The notes: generated from the sequence alone by a model not told the origin. Positions 8,712 to 20,644 are shown, numbered from the stretch's first letter. The stretch is 32,000 bases of DNA from Candidatus Atabeyarchaeum deiterrae (GCA_037310415.1 CP147780.1:542362-574361), one strand, 5' to 3'. Numbers and translations are program-made.

Positions 8712-10028
8712 CTAGGTCTTATCAGCTTTCACGACATCTTTCACGATGCCAACAGCGACCGTGATCCCCATATCTCTTATCGCGAAACGCCCAAGCTGTG
8801 GAAAGTCAGCGAACTTCTCTATTACAAGGGGTCTCATAGGAATCAGCTTCACAACTGCATTGTCCTTTGCTTTGATGAAGTCTGGGTTGTCCTGTATCAC
8901 TTGTCCTGTTCGTGGATCTATTTTGGACACTAGTTTCTCAAACTTGCAGGCTACAGTAGCAGTATGGGCGTGCAGGACTGGAGTGTAGCCAGCAGCTATG
9001 CTCGTGGGGTGTTGAATGACTACGATCTGTCCTGTAAATTCCTTCACAACCGTCGGAGGATTGTTCGGAGAACCTGCGACGTGTCCTCTCCTTATATCTG
9101 CCCGATCGATGCCCCTAACGTTGAAGCCAATGTTGTCACCAGGAACGGCCTGTTCCAATCGTTCGTGGTGCATCTCAATACTCTTGACTTCACCCTTGGC
9201 TCCTCCAGGCATGAAAATCAAAGTCTCTCCAGATTTGAGGATTCCTGTCTCGACGCGTCCCACTGGAACAGTGCCAGCTCCACTGATTGAGTACACGTCC
9301 TGAAGTGGGATTCTAAGTGGTTTGTCGATTGGCTTAGGCGGTACAACCAACGCGTCCAATGCCTGAACAATTGTTTGACCCTTATACCAAGCCATCTTGC
9401 TGCTAAGCTCCATCAGGTTTTCTCCCAGCCAAGCAGACACTGGTATGAATGGAATCTTCTCAAGTTTATATCCTACAACCTTGAGTAGATCTGACATCTC
9501 CTTCTTTATTTCATCGTATCTGTCCTTGCTATAGTTGACTGTCTGGTCATCCATTTTGTTTAAAGCGACGATTAGCTGACCCACGCCAAGTGTAAAGGCC
9601 AAGTATGCGTGTTCTCGTGTCTGCCCTCCAGGCCCGACTCCAGATTCGAATTCGCCTTTCTTTGCTGAGATCACCAGTATTGCGGCATCGGCCTGACTGG
9701 CTCCAGTTATCATATTCTTAACGAAGTCCCTGTGGCCAGGCGCATCAATGATTGTGAAATAATACTTGTCGGTCTGGAACTTCTGGAACATTATGTCTAT
9801 GGTAACTCCTCTTTCTCGCTCTTCCTTGAGCCTATCCATGACCCAGGCGATGTATTCCGATCCTTTGCCGATCTTCTCCGCTTCAGTTTTGAAAGTCTCT
9901 AGAGTACGTTTGTCGACGGCACCTTTCTTAACGAGAAGCTGACCACCAAGTGTACTCTTCCCATGGTCGATATGTCCGATCACTATCAAGTTAATGTGTG
10001 GTTTCTTTTCAGACATTTCTGTATCCAT
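8712..10028 (-). CDS. tuf: Translation elongation factor 1-alpha
   Basis: '[16 protein letters not shown]', '[25 protein letters not shown]', 'NKMD' motifs; 438 aa. Confidence 0.98.
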   Translation of the reverse strand: MDTEMSEKKPHINLIVIGHIDHGKSTLGGQLLVKKGAVDKRTLETFKTEAEKIGKGSEYIAWVMDRLKEERERGVTIDIMFQKFQTDKYYFTIIDAPGHRDFVKNMITGASQADAAILVISAKKGEFESGVGPGGQTREHAYLAFTLGVGQLIVALNKMDDQTVNYSKDRYDEIKKEMSDLLKVVGYKLEKIPFIPVSAWLGENLMELSSKMAWYKGQTIVQALDALVVPPKPIDKPLRIPLQDVYSISGAGTVPVGRVETGILKSGETLIFMPGGAKGEVKSIEMHHERLEQAVPGDNIGFNVRGIDRADIRRGHVAGSPNNPPTVVKEFTGQIVVIQHPTSIAAGYTPVLHAHTATVACKFEKLVSKIDPRTGQVIQDNPDFIKAKDNAVVKLIPMRPLVIEKFADFPQLGRFAIRDMGITVAVGIVKDVVKADKT

Positions 10029-10248
10029 TCCTCCGATGTACTCGATAAATTCAGCTCTGTCGTTCAGTCAGATTGAAGCTATCATTACCAAGTTAAGAGT
10101 TTATAATTTTGATGATTTTTTCCCTTATAAAGGTTTTTGGTAGAGAGACCTGCGAATAGAAAACCATTCGGCTTGTTTCGGCAATTAAGCAAGAACGGAG
10201 ATCTTCCATTCATCAAGCAACCCAGGTATGATCCTCTGACCAAGACAA

Positions 10249-10815
10249 CTATCTAGCCGAAAGAGCTATTCTCTCCTTCTCATCCTTCTTCTGTATCGCG
10301 TGGGCTTTGGGATTCTTTGTAGCGACTGCCATTATCTCATCGGCGAGACATTCGTCTATCGTCTTCGGGTTCTTGAACGATGCAGACGATGCTCCCGCTA
10401 TGATGAATCTCATTGCGAGATCGATGCGCCGTTGTGGTGCAACGTCGACGGACTGATGATAGACTATTCCACCGTAGCTGATTCTGGTCGTCTCTTCTCG
10501 TGGCGCGGCGTTCTCTATCGCTTGAACCAAAACCTTCACTGGATTCTCACCAGTCTTCAGTTCAATTATCTCAAAGGCTGATTTCACTATGTTTGTGGCC
10601 AGGTGCTTCTTTCCAGTGTTTGCGCCAGTTTTCATTAGACGATTCAGAAAGCGTTCCACTATTGGCATCTGTGATTTTCCGAATTTGCTGTGCTCATGCC
10701 GACCCCCAGTGTGTGGAATGTACACCGGCTTTAGCGAGATATATTTCCTCAAACCTACGTCGTTCACTTTGATATCTTTGAAATCCCACTTGCCAAAAAG
10801 TTTTGGTTCTGACAA
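10249..10815 (-). CDS. rps7: Small ribosomal subunit protein uS7
   Basis: '[23 protein letters not shown]'-type N-terminus, '[49 protein letters not shown]' (uS7 signature). Confidence 0.96.
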   Translation of the reverse strand: MSEPKLFGKWDFKDIKVNDVGLRKYISLKPVYIPHTGGRHEHSKFGKSQMPIVERFLNRLMKTGANTGKKHLATNIVKSAFEIIELKTGENPVKVLVQAIENAAPREETTRISYGGIVYHQSVDVAPQRRIDLAMRFIIAGASSASFKNPKTIDECLADEIMAVATKNPKAHAIQKKDEKERIALSAR

Positions 10816-10904
10816 GCTAAACCACCAACTTGCATCTGTAATCTCGATTGCATATTAAGCGAGTTTGCCTTATTTGTTTTCCCTTAGGAATAGTCTCAAT
10901 TCCG

Positions 10905-11342
10905 CTATGTTATTACCACATCATTTATGCCAAAGTGTCTGACAGCGAGGAGCCGAGCTCGTGCAACGTTCTTTCCATTTTTTCCTATGGCTAAACCCCT
11001 ATCCTTAGGCTCCACTGTTACGACAGCGATTCTGTGCCCCTCCTTCTTCTCCGTTATCTTCACCGATTTTATGCGTGCAGGAGCGAGTGTGTTCTTAACG
11101 AAATCTTCGGGCGATTCGGAGTACTCTACAATCTCGACCTCCTTGCGCAATACCTCCTCAACGCGTCTGACATTGGAGCCCTTCTTTCCAATCGCCAGAC
11201 CAATATCCCCTGCCTTTATTACGAAGATCACTCTGCTACTCTTCTCATCTACTACCACATCTTTAGCAGTGGCACCCGTGACCCCTTCGAACAACCTAAT
11301 ATACTGAATCAAATCAGTTGTCAATACGACTCCACTATTCAT
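10905..11342 (-). CDS. nusA: NusA-like KH-domain transcription factor
   Basis: Two KH GxxG motifs: 'AIGKKGSNVRRVEEVLRKEVEIVEYSE' and 'AIGKNGKNVARARLLAVRHFGINDV'. Confidence 0.93.
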   Translation of the reverse strand: MNSGVVLTTDLIQYIRLFEGVTGATAKDVVVDEKSSRVIFVIKAGDIGLAIGKKGSNVRRVEEVLRKEVEIVEYSESPEDFVKNTLAPARIKSVKITEKKEGHRIAVVTVEPKDRGLAIGKNGKNVARARLLAVRHFGINDVVIT

Positions 11343-11706
11343 GCCTACGTCCTCCAGCCGCGATTTGCAGAATGTTAGAATCTCCTGGTTCTTTGATACC
11401 CATGGTTGATGTCATGAATGGTTTTCCACAGGTTGATCCAAGATCCCATGATGATGATCTAAACTCATATACGGGAATCTGCGACAAATTGCCATAGTAT
11501 TCGATCTGCGACCGAATATCTTCTGGGCAATTCTTTGCAATTATGACGAGTCTGACTTTTCCTTTCTTGACAGCGTTGAGAGTGCTCTCAAAGCCGAAAG
11601 TCACTGCGCCTGTTTTGACGGCAATTCGAATAGATTTTGATATGTCTTGTTTTTCCGATGTCGTCGGCTGTTCTTGCCTGCTGCTCTTTGGAATACTTTT
11701 TGGCAT
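11335..11706 (-). CDS. rpl30e: Ribosomal protein eL30 (L7Ae/L30e superfamily)
   Basis: 'GAVTFGFESTLNAVKKGKVRLVIIAKNCPEDIRSQIEYYGNLSQIPVYEF'; syntenic position between rpoA2 and nusA. Confidence 0.88.
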   Translation of the reverse strand: MPKSIPKSSRQEQPTTSEKQDISKSIRIAVKTGAVTFGFESTLNAVKKGKVRLVIIAKNCPEDIRSQIEYYGNLSQIPVYEFRSSSWDLGSTCGKPFMTSTMGIKEPGDSNILQIAAGGRRHE

Positions 11707-11771
11707 TCTGCTACACTTCCTTCAGCATACGTTCTCTTGTTCCTCCAGAATGACCTGCAAATAGGTTATTG

Positions 11772-12968
<1,197 letters not shown>

Positions 12969-15623
12969 TCACTTCTTGAACTTTTCACCCAGATTCTTCT
13001 TCAATATCGCATCTAAGTTGATGGCGTGTCCGTGATAGCTTTTTGACGGGTCAATACCGTCTTCTCCATACTGGAATTGAACTATTCGGCCCACTGAGGT
13101 TCTCACGGTACCGTCGTACTCAACTTTGATGTCCTGAAGCGCATTGATCAATCGCCGCTGCATGTAGCCACTAGTAGAAGTACGAACGGCTGTATCGACC
13201 AGTCCCTCTCTGCCACCCATAGCGTGGAAGAAGAACTCAATGGGGGTTAGACCAGTGTAATAGGACGAAGACACAAAGCCTCTGGCTTCAGAGCTGAGGT
13301 CTTCTGGCTTGAAGTGTGGGAGGCTTCGCTGCTGGTAGCCACGCATTATGCGCTCTCCACGAACTGACTGTTGCCCTACACAGGCTGCCATTTGCGCCAG
13401 GTTCAGTCTATCGCCTCTAGCCCCGCTTCTCGCCATTATGACTGCATAATTTCCCATTCCCAGATATTTGTCAGCTATGTCGCCTGCACCGTCTCTTGCT
13501 TCTGAGAGGTGTTGCATAAGTCTCATCTCAAGGGTTTCCTTAACGCTGTGACCCGGTACAGGCTCCATTTCCCCTCTTCGATAGGCTTCAATGTCTTGAT
13601 CGACTTCCCTTGCTCCATCATCCAGAATTTCTCTAATCCTATTTGTAGCCTCTTCTCTAAGCCGAACATCATCTATGCCCATCGTAAACCCTTTTGCAGT
13701 TATGAACATGACGAGTAGTCGAGTGATCGAGTCGAGAAAGACTCTCGCTGCATCGTTGCCGTAACTCTTTATCATGTAGTGATAGATGCTTTCAGGAACC
13801 CCAGCGCCAAAAGCGTTCTTATCGAATACCCCAGAGATCAACTTCCCGTTCTTCACTATGCAGTAAGCATCGTAAGTGCACTCTTCTCTTTTGCAGTCCT
13901 CGCATTTGTGGCATATTTTCGCCTTCCAAGAATAACTCAAATCGTCAGGTAAGAGCATGCTGATTATCTGTTTCCCGCTCCACATATCGGGGTTTTTCAG
14001 CTCGGGTTCAGGGAGTCCCTTATTGATTCCTGCGGCGTCAATAAGGCCACACATCTCCTTGAGAGTCAAGTAGCTACCCTTCTTCGTCAGAAGGTACCCA
14101 GCGGAGATGTAGTCCTGAATACCACCTATAATAGGGCCACCGTATCTGGGTGAGAGAATCTGTTCTTGAACACGCATCAAGGTCTTTGCTTCTGCCCGAG
14201 CTTCCTCACTCTGAGGAACATGCAGATTCATCTCGTCACCATCGAAGTCTGCATTGTAAGGTGGACAGACACACAGATTCAGACGAAAAGTCTTGTAGGG
14301 CATGACGCGCACTTCATGAGCCATGATGGACATGCGATGAAGTGAGGGCTGTCTGTTGAAGAGCACTATATCTCCATCTTTAAGATGGCGTTCCACAACA
14401 GAACCAGGTTCGATCGCGTCTCCTATCGAGTCAAGGTCCTTAACGAATCTCAAATCTACTCTTCTGCCATCCATGCGAATGACATAGTTGGCCCCTGGAT
14501 GACCCTCGGGACCATTTCTGACTAGTTTCTTTGTCTCCTCAATGTTCCAGTTTGTAACACGTTCAGGAATTGTCAGGATCTTTGCTACTTCAAGGGGCAC
14601 GCCGACATCGTTGATGCTGATGTTTGGATCAGGCGAGATAACTGTCCTAGCAGAAAAGTCGACACGTTTTCCTGAGAGGTTGCTTCTGAACCGCCCTTCT
14701 TTCCCTTTAAGACGCTGCGCCAGTGTTCTCAACGCCCGTCCTGATCTGTGCCTCGCCGGCGGTACGCCTGAAACTTCATTATCGAAGTAAGTTGTCACAT
14801 GATATTGAAGCAATTCCCATAGATCCTCAACAATTAGTTGGGGTGCTCCAGCATCAATGTTCTCTTTGAGCCTCTGATTTATGCGAACTACATCGACAAG
14901 TTTGTGGGTTAGATCATCTTCCGACCTCACTCCAGACTCGAGTGTAATTGAGGGACGAACAGCAATCGGAGGAACTGGAAGAACTGTCAGAACAGTCCAT
15001 TCGAGTCTAGCGCTTCTGGAGTTGACTCCCAAAAGTTTCTGATCTTCGTCGGTTATTCTTTCGAGTCTGTCCCTCACATCGCTGGAGGTGAGCCTCACTG
15101 GCCCAGCTTCTGTCTCTTCGGTGAATGATGTGGGTTTCTCAAATCCTATCTTGCGTTGGGTCTCACCACAGTGAGGGCATTGACTTACCCGTATTGCGTG
15201 TTTTACGATCTTGTCGGTGATGTCAGAGTTAAGTTCATTCCAAGTTTTCTCGTGCTCATCCATTTCTGTTCGAAGCTTCTCCAACTCGGCATCTGACATG
15301 AGAATCCGACTGCACTTTCTGCAAGTCGACCTTAATGCTTTGTATGTCAGTTTGTTGAATCCAACGTGTATGACTGGCCTTGCTAGTTCAATGTGACCAA
15401 AATGCCCTGGGCAATCACCGACGCGGTTACCACACGTCTTACATCTCCGACCTGGCTCAACTGTGCCGAGTCTGGAATCCATTAATCCAGAGTCTATCGG
15501 CAAGCCATCTTCGTCATATGTATCCGCCGTGATTATTCTGGTAACAGAGAGTTTTCTGATTTCATCCGGCGAAAGAAGACCAAATCTTATTTTCTCAATA
15601 ATCTTCGGTACGCGTGACGCCAA
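12969..15623 (-). CDS. rpoA1: RNA polymerase subunit A'
   Basis: 'FNADFDGDEMNLHVPQ' equivalent ('YNADFDGDEMNLHVPQS'), zinc-binding N-terminus 'CKTCGNRVGDCPGHFGHIELARPV'. Confidence 0.98.
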   Translation of the reverse strand: MASRVPKIIEKIRFGLLSPDEIRKLSVTRIITADTYDEDGLPIDSGLMDSRLGTVEPGRRCKTCGNRVGDCPGHFGHIELARPVIHVGFNKLTYKALRSTCRKCSRILMSDAELEKLRTEMDEHEKTWNELNSDITDKIVKHAIRVSQCPHCGETQRKIGFEKPTSFTEETEAGPVRLTSSDVRDRLERITDEDQKLLGVNSRSARLEWTVLTVLPVPPIAVRPSITLESGVRSEDDLTHKLVDVVRINQRLKENIDAGAPQLIVEDLWELLQYHVTTYFDNEVSGVPPARHRSGRALRTLAQRLKGKEGRFRSNLSGKRVDFSARTVISPDPNISINDVGVPLEVAKILTIPERVTNWNIEETKKLVRNGPEGHPGANYVIRMDGRRVDLRFVKDLDSIGDAIEPGSVVERHLKDGDIVLFNRQPSLHRMSIMAHEVRVMPYKTFRLNLCVCPPYNADFDGDEMNLHVPQSEEARAEAKTLMRVQEQILSPRYGGPIIGGIQDYISAGYLLTKKGSYLTLKEMCGLIDAAGINKGLPEPELKNPDMWSGKQIISMLLPDDLSYSWKAKICHKCEDCKREECTYDAYCIVKNGKLISGVFDKNAFGAGVPESIYHYMIKSYGNDAARVFLDSITRLLVMFITAKGFTMGIDDVRLREEATNRIREILDDGAREVDQDIEAYRRGEMEPVPGHSVKETLEMRLMQHLSEARDGAGDIADKYLGMGNYAVIMARSGARGDRLNLAQMAACVGQQSVRGERIMRGYQQRSLPHFKPEDLSSEARGFVSSSYYTGLTPIEFFFHAMGGREGLVDTAVRTSTSGYMQRRLINALQDIKVEYDGTVRTSVGRIVQFQYGEDGIDPSKSYHGHAINLDAILKKNLGEKFKK

Positions 15624-15645
15624 GTGCCTAATACACCTCTTTCGA

Positions 15646-18600
15646 TCAAGCTCTTTCCTTCAACATCAATCTCGGGGCGATTCCTAAACTTACCAGTTCC
15701 TGAAGCAGGAGTTTGAATGCGTATGACATCTCAACTCTTGAGATTCTTCCTTTATCACCACAAACTCTACAGTAATATCTGTCTCTGCTTCTATCATATG
15801 TGGCAAGCATACCGCAATTCTCGCAGACTAGAACTACGCATTTGTCTGACTCTTCCAGCAACCTTTCCTTCAGAAGAAGCGTTGCACCGTGTCCAATTAG
15901 ACAGTCTCTTTCCATCTCTCCGAACCGAAGACCGCCTTCCCTAGCGCGACCTTCAGTAGGTTGTCTGGTCAGTATCTGAACAGGACCTCTCGCCCGAGCA
16001 TGCAGTTTATCAGCTACCATATGGTGAAGCTTCTGATAGTACACTACTCCTATGAACATGTCGACCTCAAACTTTTCGCCATTTACGCCACTATACATGA
16101 CTTCTTTGCCATTGTACTTGTAACCGAGTTTCTGCAGTTGGTCATAGAGGTCTGATAGCTTCTCACCTGAGAAAGCTGTTCCGTCGACAACTTTTCCACC
16201 TAATGAACCGACCTTTCCGGCAATTGACTCTATGAGTTGCCCAATTGTCATTCTGGATGGGATCGCATGAGGGTTAATCACCAAGTCGGGAACGACTCCA
16301 TCTTCTGTAAAAGGCATGTCTTCTTGAGGAACCAGTAGACCGAGTACTCCTTTCTGTCCATGACGCGAAGCGAACTTGTCGCCTAGCTCCGGCACTCTCG
16401 GGTCCCGAACTTTGGTCTTTACCAAGCGGTTTCCTTCAACCGTCTCACCGAGTATCACCGTGTCAATGATACCTGATTCCCCGTATCTCAGATTACTTGA
16501 GGTTTCTCTTCTAGTGGGGCTTGGCACTTCAAATTCCGTATATTCCTCTAAGAAACGAGGGGGACTAGTCCTTCCTATCAATACGTCTCCGCCTTGTACG
16601 TCAGTCTCGGGTTCGATTATCCCATCTTCACTTAGGTGGCGGTAAACCTCTGCCGCGCGGTATCCTCTAACTGTTCGGTCAGGGATCTCGAAACGATCTT
16701 CCTGACCTCCTGGGTATTTTCTCTCCTCTGCTTCATAGACACGGAAGAAGGTGGAACGAGCTAGCCCTCTTTCAACTGAGGACTTGTTCATTATTAGGGC
16801 ATCTTCCATATTGTAGCCAGATAATGAGAGTATTGCCACAACGAAGTTCTGTCCAGCGGGCCGCTTGTCGAACTGGATGGCGTCCATGGCCTTGGTTCGA
16901 ACCATAGCCCTTTGAAGATAGTGAAGAATGTGGGATCGAGTATCGACTCGCAGCCGGTAGTTGGCGCCAAAAAGTCCCAATGCTTGTTTGGCCATGCCAG
17001 CTTCGTAGGTGTTTCTCGGAGACTGATTATGTTGGGGATAGGGAATCATCGAGGCACATATGCCTAAGATAGCGGACGCCGCTATTTCCATGTAATTATG
17101 TTCGGATGTCAATGAGTCTGGTCCGATCGCCACGAACGCGTTCTCCTCTTCTTCAGCATCGAGATACTCCATAATCGCATTTCTGACGAGATCGCTGAAT
17201 CTCCATTCGCGGTTTCTCAGTTTCTCGATGTGTTCGAGGGTAAGCTTTGGTCTTCCATTTTCTGCGATGATCACGGGGCGTCTAACTCTTCCTGCATCAC
17301 AGTTGATTTGAATCTCACCAGATTCTCGGTAATAAGCAATGTTTGTTTCATTGCTGATCTCCCCTCTTCTGCGGAGAAGGACTACCTGATTTCTGAATCG
17401 CTGCGGGTCATTGTGATAGCCGACCAGTCGGCCATTGAGGAATATTCTAGCTTCCTTTGCGGCATTGCTTTTTCTTGCTTCTTCGATTGACATTATCCCA
17501 AGATCTAGTATTTTCCCCTCAACTTGGCTGTCTTCAATTCCGACAGAGATGTAGGCCATCAATGCCAAGTTCTTGACGAGACCACAATTTGGTCCTTCTG
17601 GTGTCTCGCTCGGACATACTCTACCCCAGTGGGTTGGATGAAGATCCCGCGCTTCGAAGTGGGGTTGGCTGCGACTTAGAGGCGAGATGATTCTTCTGAG
17701 GTGACTTAGTGCCGAAAGAAAGTTATTGCGGTCTAGAAGTTGGCTGACTCCAGCCTTACCGCCGACCCAGTTCCCCGTGGCAAGGGCGTGTCGCAACCTT
17801 TCCGTTATGACATCGGCTCTAACGGCAGTGTGGATACTCGGAACGCGACCACGTATCGCGTTTCTCTCAATTTGATACTTGATATCCCTGCACAAGTTAA
17901 GGAAAGCAACCCTGAATAGACTGACAAGAAGATCTCCAGCCAATTTCAATCTCTTATTGGCATAGTGGTCTTTGTCGTCAGATTCCCGTTTATGCAATGA
18001 AAGTTCGATTAAACGTTCGGCCATCTGGCCAAGATAATACGCTTTCTTGAGTCTGGCATCTGAGCTAGTTCCGATATGTGGAAGAAGATACTTGTCGAGA
18101 ATCTGTTCAGCACGCTTCTGGCGGTACTCCTTGGTCTGTCCAACGGCAACTCTGCGACCGACGTAGTCGAGGGCGTCATTCTGATCTGCTACCACATCAG
18201 CCTCGTGCAGGGTAGGAATAAGTTCGCGAACGACCTCTGGATCCTCGGAAACGGCTTCGCTTATCTGCTTATCAGTTACTAGCCCCAATGCACGAACTAG
18301 TATGGCTAATGGAATCTTACCAGGGACGGATGGAAATGACAGACGAAGTGATCCGTCACGACGTCTCTCAAGTGTGACTGGTGCCCTGAATCCGCGGGAA
18401 GTTGAGAAAACCTTAGCTACGTGAGTATAAGCTCCTCCTGAACTCTCTTCGATCAGTATTCTATTTGAAGCCAAGTCTTCTTGTATCACGATCACTCTTT
18501 CGGAGCCATTGACTATGAAGTAGCCTCCAGGGTCGTTTGGATCTTCTCCAACCTTAATTAATTCCTCGGTCTGCATCTTGACCAGAAGACACTTGCTGGA

Positions 18601-18984
18601 CTTCAGCATTATTGGTAGTCGGCCGATGTACTCCTTGGAAGGCTTGCTCTCTACTTCAATTCCTGTCCTCTCATCTTTGTGAACGAGAGTCATTTCAAGA
18701 TAGACTGGTGCTGAATAAGTGAGGTTTCTGATCCGAGCTTCCATTGGGAAGATCTCTTTTGCAGACCCATCAGCTTCTTTAACAGTCGGTGCTCCAACCT
18801 CGATCTTGCCTAGCTTGATATAGTACCCTTCGATATCAGGCTCGATCTTTCCGACTTCATCAACGATTTGCTGAAGTCTATTCTCCACAAAATCGTTGTA
18901 CGAATCCAAGTGCTGACGAGCTAATATTCCTTCGTTGATGAAGGCTTGCATAACTACCCATGGGTCAAGAAACTCTTTACTCAA
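15646..18984 (-). CDS. rpoB: RNA polymerase subunit B (unsplit)
   Basis: 1112 aa; '[30 protein letters not shown]', '[15 protein letters not shown]', C-terminal zinc motif. Confidence 0.98.
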   Translation of the reverse strand: MSKEFLDPWVVMQAFINEGILARQHLDSYNDFVENRLQQIVDEVGKIEPDIEGYYIKLGKIEVGAPTVKEADGSAKEIFPMEARIRNLTYSAPVYLEMTLVHKDERTGIEVESKPSKEYIGRLPIMLKSSKCLLVKMQTEELIKVGEDPNDPGGYFIVNGSERVIVIQEDLASNRILIEESSGGAYTHVAKVFSTSRGFRAPVTLERRRDGSLRLSFPSVPGKIPLAILVRALGLVTDKQISEAVSEDPEVVRELIPTLHEADVVADQNDALDYVGRRVAVGQTKEYRQKRAEQILDKYLLPHIGTSSDARLKKAYYLGQMAERLIELSLHKRESDDKDHYANKRLKLAGDLLVSLFRVAFLNLCRDIKYQIERNAIRGRVPSIHTAVRADVITERLRHALATGNWVGGKAGVSQLLDRNNFLSALSHLRRIISPLSRSQPHFEARDLHPTHWGRVCPSETPEGPNCGLVKNLALMAYISVGIEDSQVEGKILDLGIMSIEEARKSNAAKEARIFLNGRLVGYHNDPQRFRNQVVLLRRRGEISNETNIAYYRESGEIQINCDAGRVRRPVIIAENGRPKLTLEHIEKLRNREWRFSDLVRNAIMEYLDAEEEENAFVAIGPDSLTSEHNYMEIAASAILGICASMIPYPQHNQSPRNTYEAGMAKQALGLFGANYRLRVDTRSHILHYLQRAMVRTKAMDAIQFDKRPAGQNFVVAILSLSGYNMEDALIMNKSSVERGLARSTFFRVYEAEERKYPGGQEDRFEIPDRTVRGYRAAEVYRHLSEDGIIEPETDVQGGDVLIGRTSPPRFLEEYTEFEVPSPTRRETSSNLRYGESGIIDTVILGETVEGNRLVKTKVRDPRVPELGDKFASRHGQKGVLGLLVPQEDMPFTEDGVVPDLVINPHAIPSRMTIGQLIESIAGKVGSLGGKVVDGTAFSGEKLSDLYDQLQKLGYKYNGKEVMYSGVNGEKFEVDMFIGVVYYQKLHHMVADKLHARARGPVQILTRQPTEGRAREGGLRFGEMERDCLIGHGATLLLKERLLEESDKCVVLVCENCGMLATYDRSRDRYYCRVCGDKGRISRVEMSYAFKLLLQELVSLGIAPRLMLKERA

Positions 18985-19015
18985 TAAGAATCAATCCCTC
19001 TTAGATTCAAGAATC

Positions 19016-19267
19016 CTAATCTCTTGGGATGTATCTATAAAAAACTGCATACTCACCTGCTGTTTCACTTTTCCTCATTATCTTCACAATGTCACCCTTT
19101 TTCGCATTTATCGCAATCATGACGGGATCATCTATTTTGATTAGTGGAAGCCACTCTGGCTGGATGTTATACTTCTCAAGCAGTTCCTTTTTCTCTTCCT
19201 CAGTGAGAAGAATGTGCTTTGGAACAATCTCGTGCTCAATGAGCTTCTTTGGCTCTTGTGAAGACAC
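19016..19267 (-). CDS. rpoH: RNA polymerase subunit H (RPB5 C-terminal homologue)
   Basis: 'HEIVPKHILLTEEEKKELLEKYNIQPEWLPLIKIDDPVMIAINAKKGDIVKIMRKSETAGEYAVFYRYI'. Confidence 0.96.
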   Translation of the reverse strand: MSSQEPKKLIEHEIVPKHILLTEEEKKELLEKYNIQPEWLPLIKIDDPVMIAINAKKGDIVKIMRKSETAGEYAVFYRYIPRD

Positions 19268-19348
19268 GTCGCTAGACCTCCGTCCATATCTTCAATTGAT
19301 CTATCATCAATCTCGAATCGTTGTGCAGGTGTGGCGGGCCCGAGGGGA

Positions 19349-19376
19349 ATTTCGGCATATCCTCTTGTAATATGCT
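19349..19376 (-). other. Intron 4 of tRNA-Lys, 28 nt, position 59/60 (T loop)
   Basis: Central TTCG/CGAA, bulges AT^A and AT^T, inner helix GCATAT/ATATGC. Confidence 0.88.
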
Positions 19377-19398
19377 ATCGAACCCCCGGCCACCGGGT

Positions 19399-19449
19399 TT
19401 CATTACGCTACCCTTGGATGGTTTGTTCTCTCTGGCATTAGTCGACGTT
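19399..19449 (-). other. Intron 3 of tRNA-Lys, 51 nt, canonical position 37/38
   Basis: Central CTTT/AATG (one U-U mismatch), bulges TA^A and AA^A, inner ACGT/GCGT, outer anticodon stem GG/CC. Confidence 0.75.
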
Positions 19450-19456
19450 TAAAAGC

Positions 19457-19491
19457 CTCACCCTCTGAGGAGCAGTTCACTCCTCTAGAGT
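19457..19491 (-). other. Intron 2 of tRNA-Lys, 35 nt, position 30/31 (anticodon stem)
   Basis: Central helix CGCC/GGTG, bulges GG^A and AG^G, inner helix CTCT/AGAG, distal GAGGAG/CTCCTC. Confidence 0.85.
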
Positions 19492-19499
19492 CCGGCGCT

Positions 19500-19523
19500 A
19501 TAGGCAGACACTGTTTCTTCCTT
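19500..19523 (-). other. Intron 1 of tRNA-Lys, 24 nt, position 22/23 (D stem)
   Basis: Central helix AGGT/GCCT with 3-nt bulges AG^A and AT^A. The inner helix is short and weak. Removal restores GAGC. Confidence 0.78.
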
Positions 19524-19673
19524 CTACCTGACTGAGCTACGGGCCCAAGCAGGCCTCATACACCTGTATTGTCTATGGATAAAATGAATTCCTTATATTC
19601 TTTTCTCCTCTTTGGGCGTCTCATTCTTCGAAGCTTCATGACCAAAAAGACGACCTCGTCTTACCTTCTCAGG

Positions 19674-20420
19674 TCAGTCTCGGATTGCTTTCCTGATAAG
19701 TGGTTCTATCTCCCACCAAGGCGCGATTCTCTTGACGAGAGGTTCACCGTTTATGCATACTCCCCTGCTCAGTCCACGTTCTAGAACAACTTGCCTATCG
19801 TCCGTATTGATGAAGTTTGCTTCAACCTTGTATTTCCCAATGTTTCTTCTGACTTCGTCGGCTGACCAACCTGACCATAGACACTGGCTGTTGAAGTAGA
19901 TGTCCACGACAGGCTTGCCACTTCCCTTGTACTTCTTACATTGCGGGTGAACTAGCTCCGGCTTCTCATTCGAGCCGGTATTCAGGTGGAGAAGCACTCG
20001 GCTTCCATCTCGATCAACGTCTTTGAAGCCCATCTTTCTAAACTGTGCCGCGGGCAAATATGCATAACCTCCGAGCCATTTATCGCCGTCGTAGGCTAGG
20101 ATACTTACTCCTCCATAGTTTTTTCCCATTTCGACAGCTCTTTGCACGAGAGCCCTCGCCACACCGTGGCGCCAAAATGGTCTGAGAACCCACATGCAAT
20201 TTATGAAAAGTGATCCGTTTCCTCTGACAGGCTCCAGAGCATGCTCGATTGGAACGTACTCTATCAGTCCCACCGGGAAGTTGCCGAGTGTTATGGTTTC
20301 CTTGAATTTTGCGTCTTTTTCGCCGAGCAACTCAATTGCCTTTGAGGAATCTTCGAGCGCAACCGAGATCCGTAATCCTTTCGCCATCATATTTCTAATC
20401 CACATTCTTCTGGTTTCCAT
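19674..20420 (-). CDS. GNAT acetyltransferase fused to a C-terminal thioredoxin-like (YoaP-like) domain
   Basis: 'MWVLRPFWRHGVARALVQRAVEMGKN' GNAT motif; C-terminal 'VVDIYFNSQCLWSGWSADEVRRNI...VEANFINTDDRQVVLERGLSRGVCINGEPLVKR'. Confidence 0.7.
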   Translation of the reverse strand: METRRMWIRNMMAKGLRISVALEDSSKAIELLGEKDAKFKETITLGNFPVGLIEYVPIEHALEPVRGNGSLFINCMWVLRPFWRHGVARALVQRAVEMGKNYGGVSILAYDGDKWLGGYAYLPAAQFRKMGFKDVDRDGSRVLLHLNTGSNEKPELVHPQCKKYKGSGKPVVDIYFNSQCLWSGWSADEVRRNIGKYKVEANFINTDDRQVVLERGLSRGVCINGEPLVKRIAPWWEIEPLIRKAIRD

Positions 20421-20644
20421 TGGAGCTTCTAGGGCTTTTCTCCATTCGCGCGGAATATCTGGCTCATAGCATATTGCCTTAACATAGTCGAGTTCGTTGG
20501 GCGAAACCTCTTTGACTAGAATGGCTATACTTCCTCCTGGCCTCTGATCGTGCAGTAATTCATTAACTACTGTCCGCTATAAAAGCCTAGTCGAACTTCG
20601 GCAGCCCCAACCCAATAATAACGATGTCTACAATCCTCAGACAT

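Larger units (their letters stand above)
19332..19546 (-). tRNA. tRNA-Lys(UUU) with four predicted introns; CCA encoded
   Basis: Exons (minus strand order) 19524-19546, 19492-19499, 19450-19456, 19377-19398, 19332-19348 concatenate to GGGCCCGTAGCTCAGTCAGGTAG+AGCGCCGG+GCTTTTA+ACCCGGTGGCCGGGGGTTCGAT+TCCCCTCGGGCCCGCCA = 77 nt, with a full D stem GCTC/GAGC, anticodon stem CCGGG/CCCGG around CTTTTAA, and T stem GGGGG/CCCCT. Confidence 0.9.

Noticed and set aside
12969-18984. Many + strand ORFs of 60-100 aa across rpoA1/rpoB and tuf
   Set aside because: They are antisense shadows of strongly conserved genes with no recognisable domains.
19332-19546. Reading this locus as a CUU or CUA tRNA, or as a pseudogene
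   Set aside because: An ACTCTA loop leaves the anticodon stem with a mismatch and ~86 unexplained bases. The four-intron solution with CTTTTAA restores every stem and the expected length.
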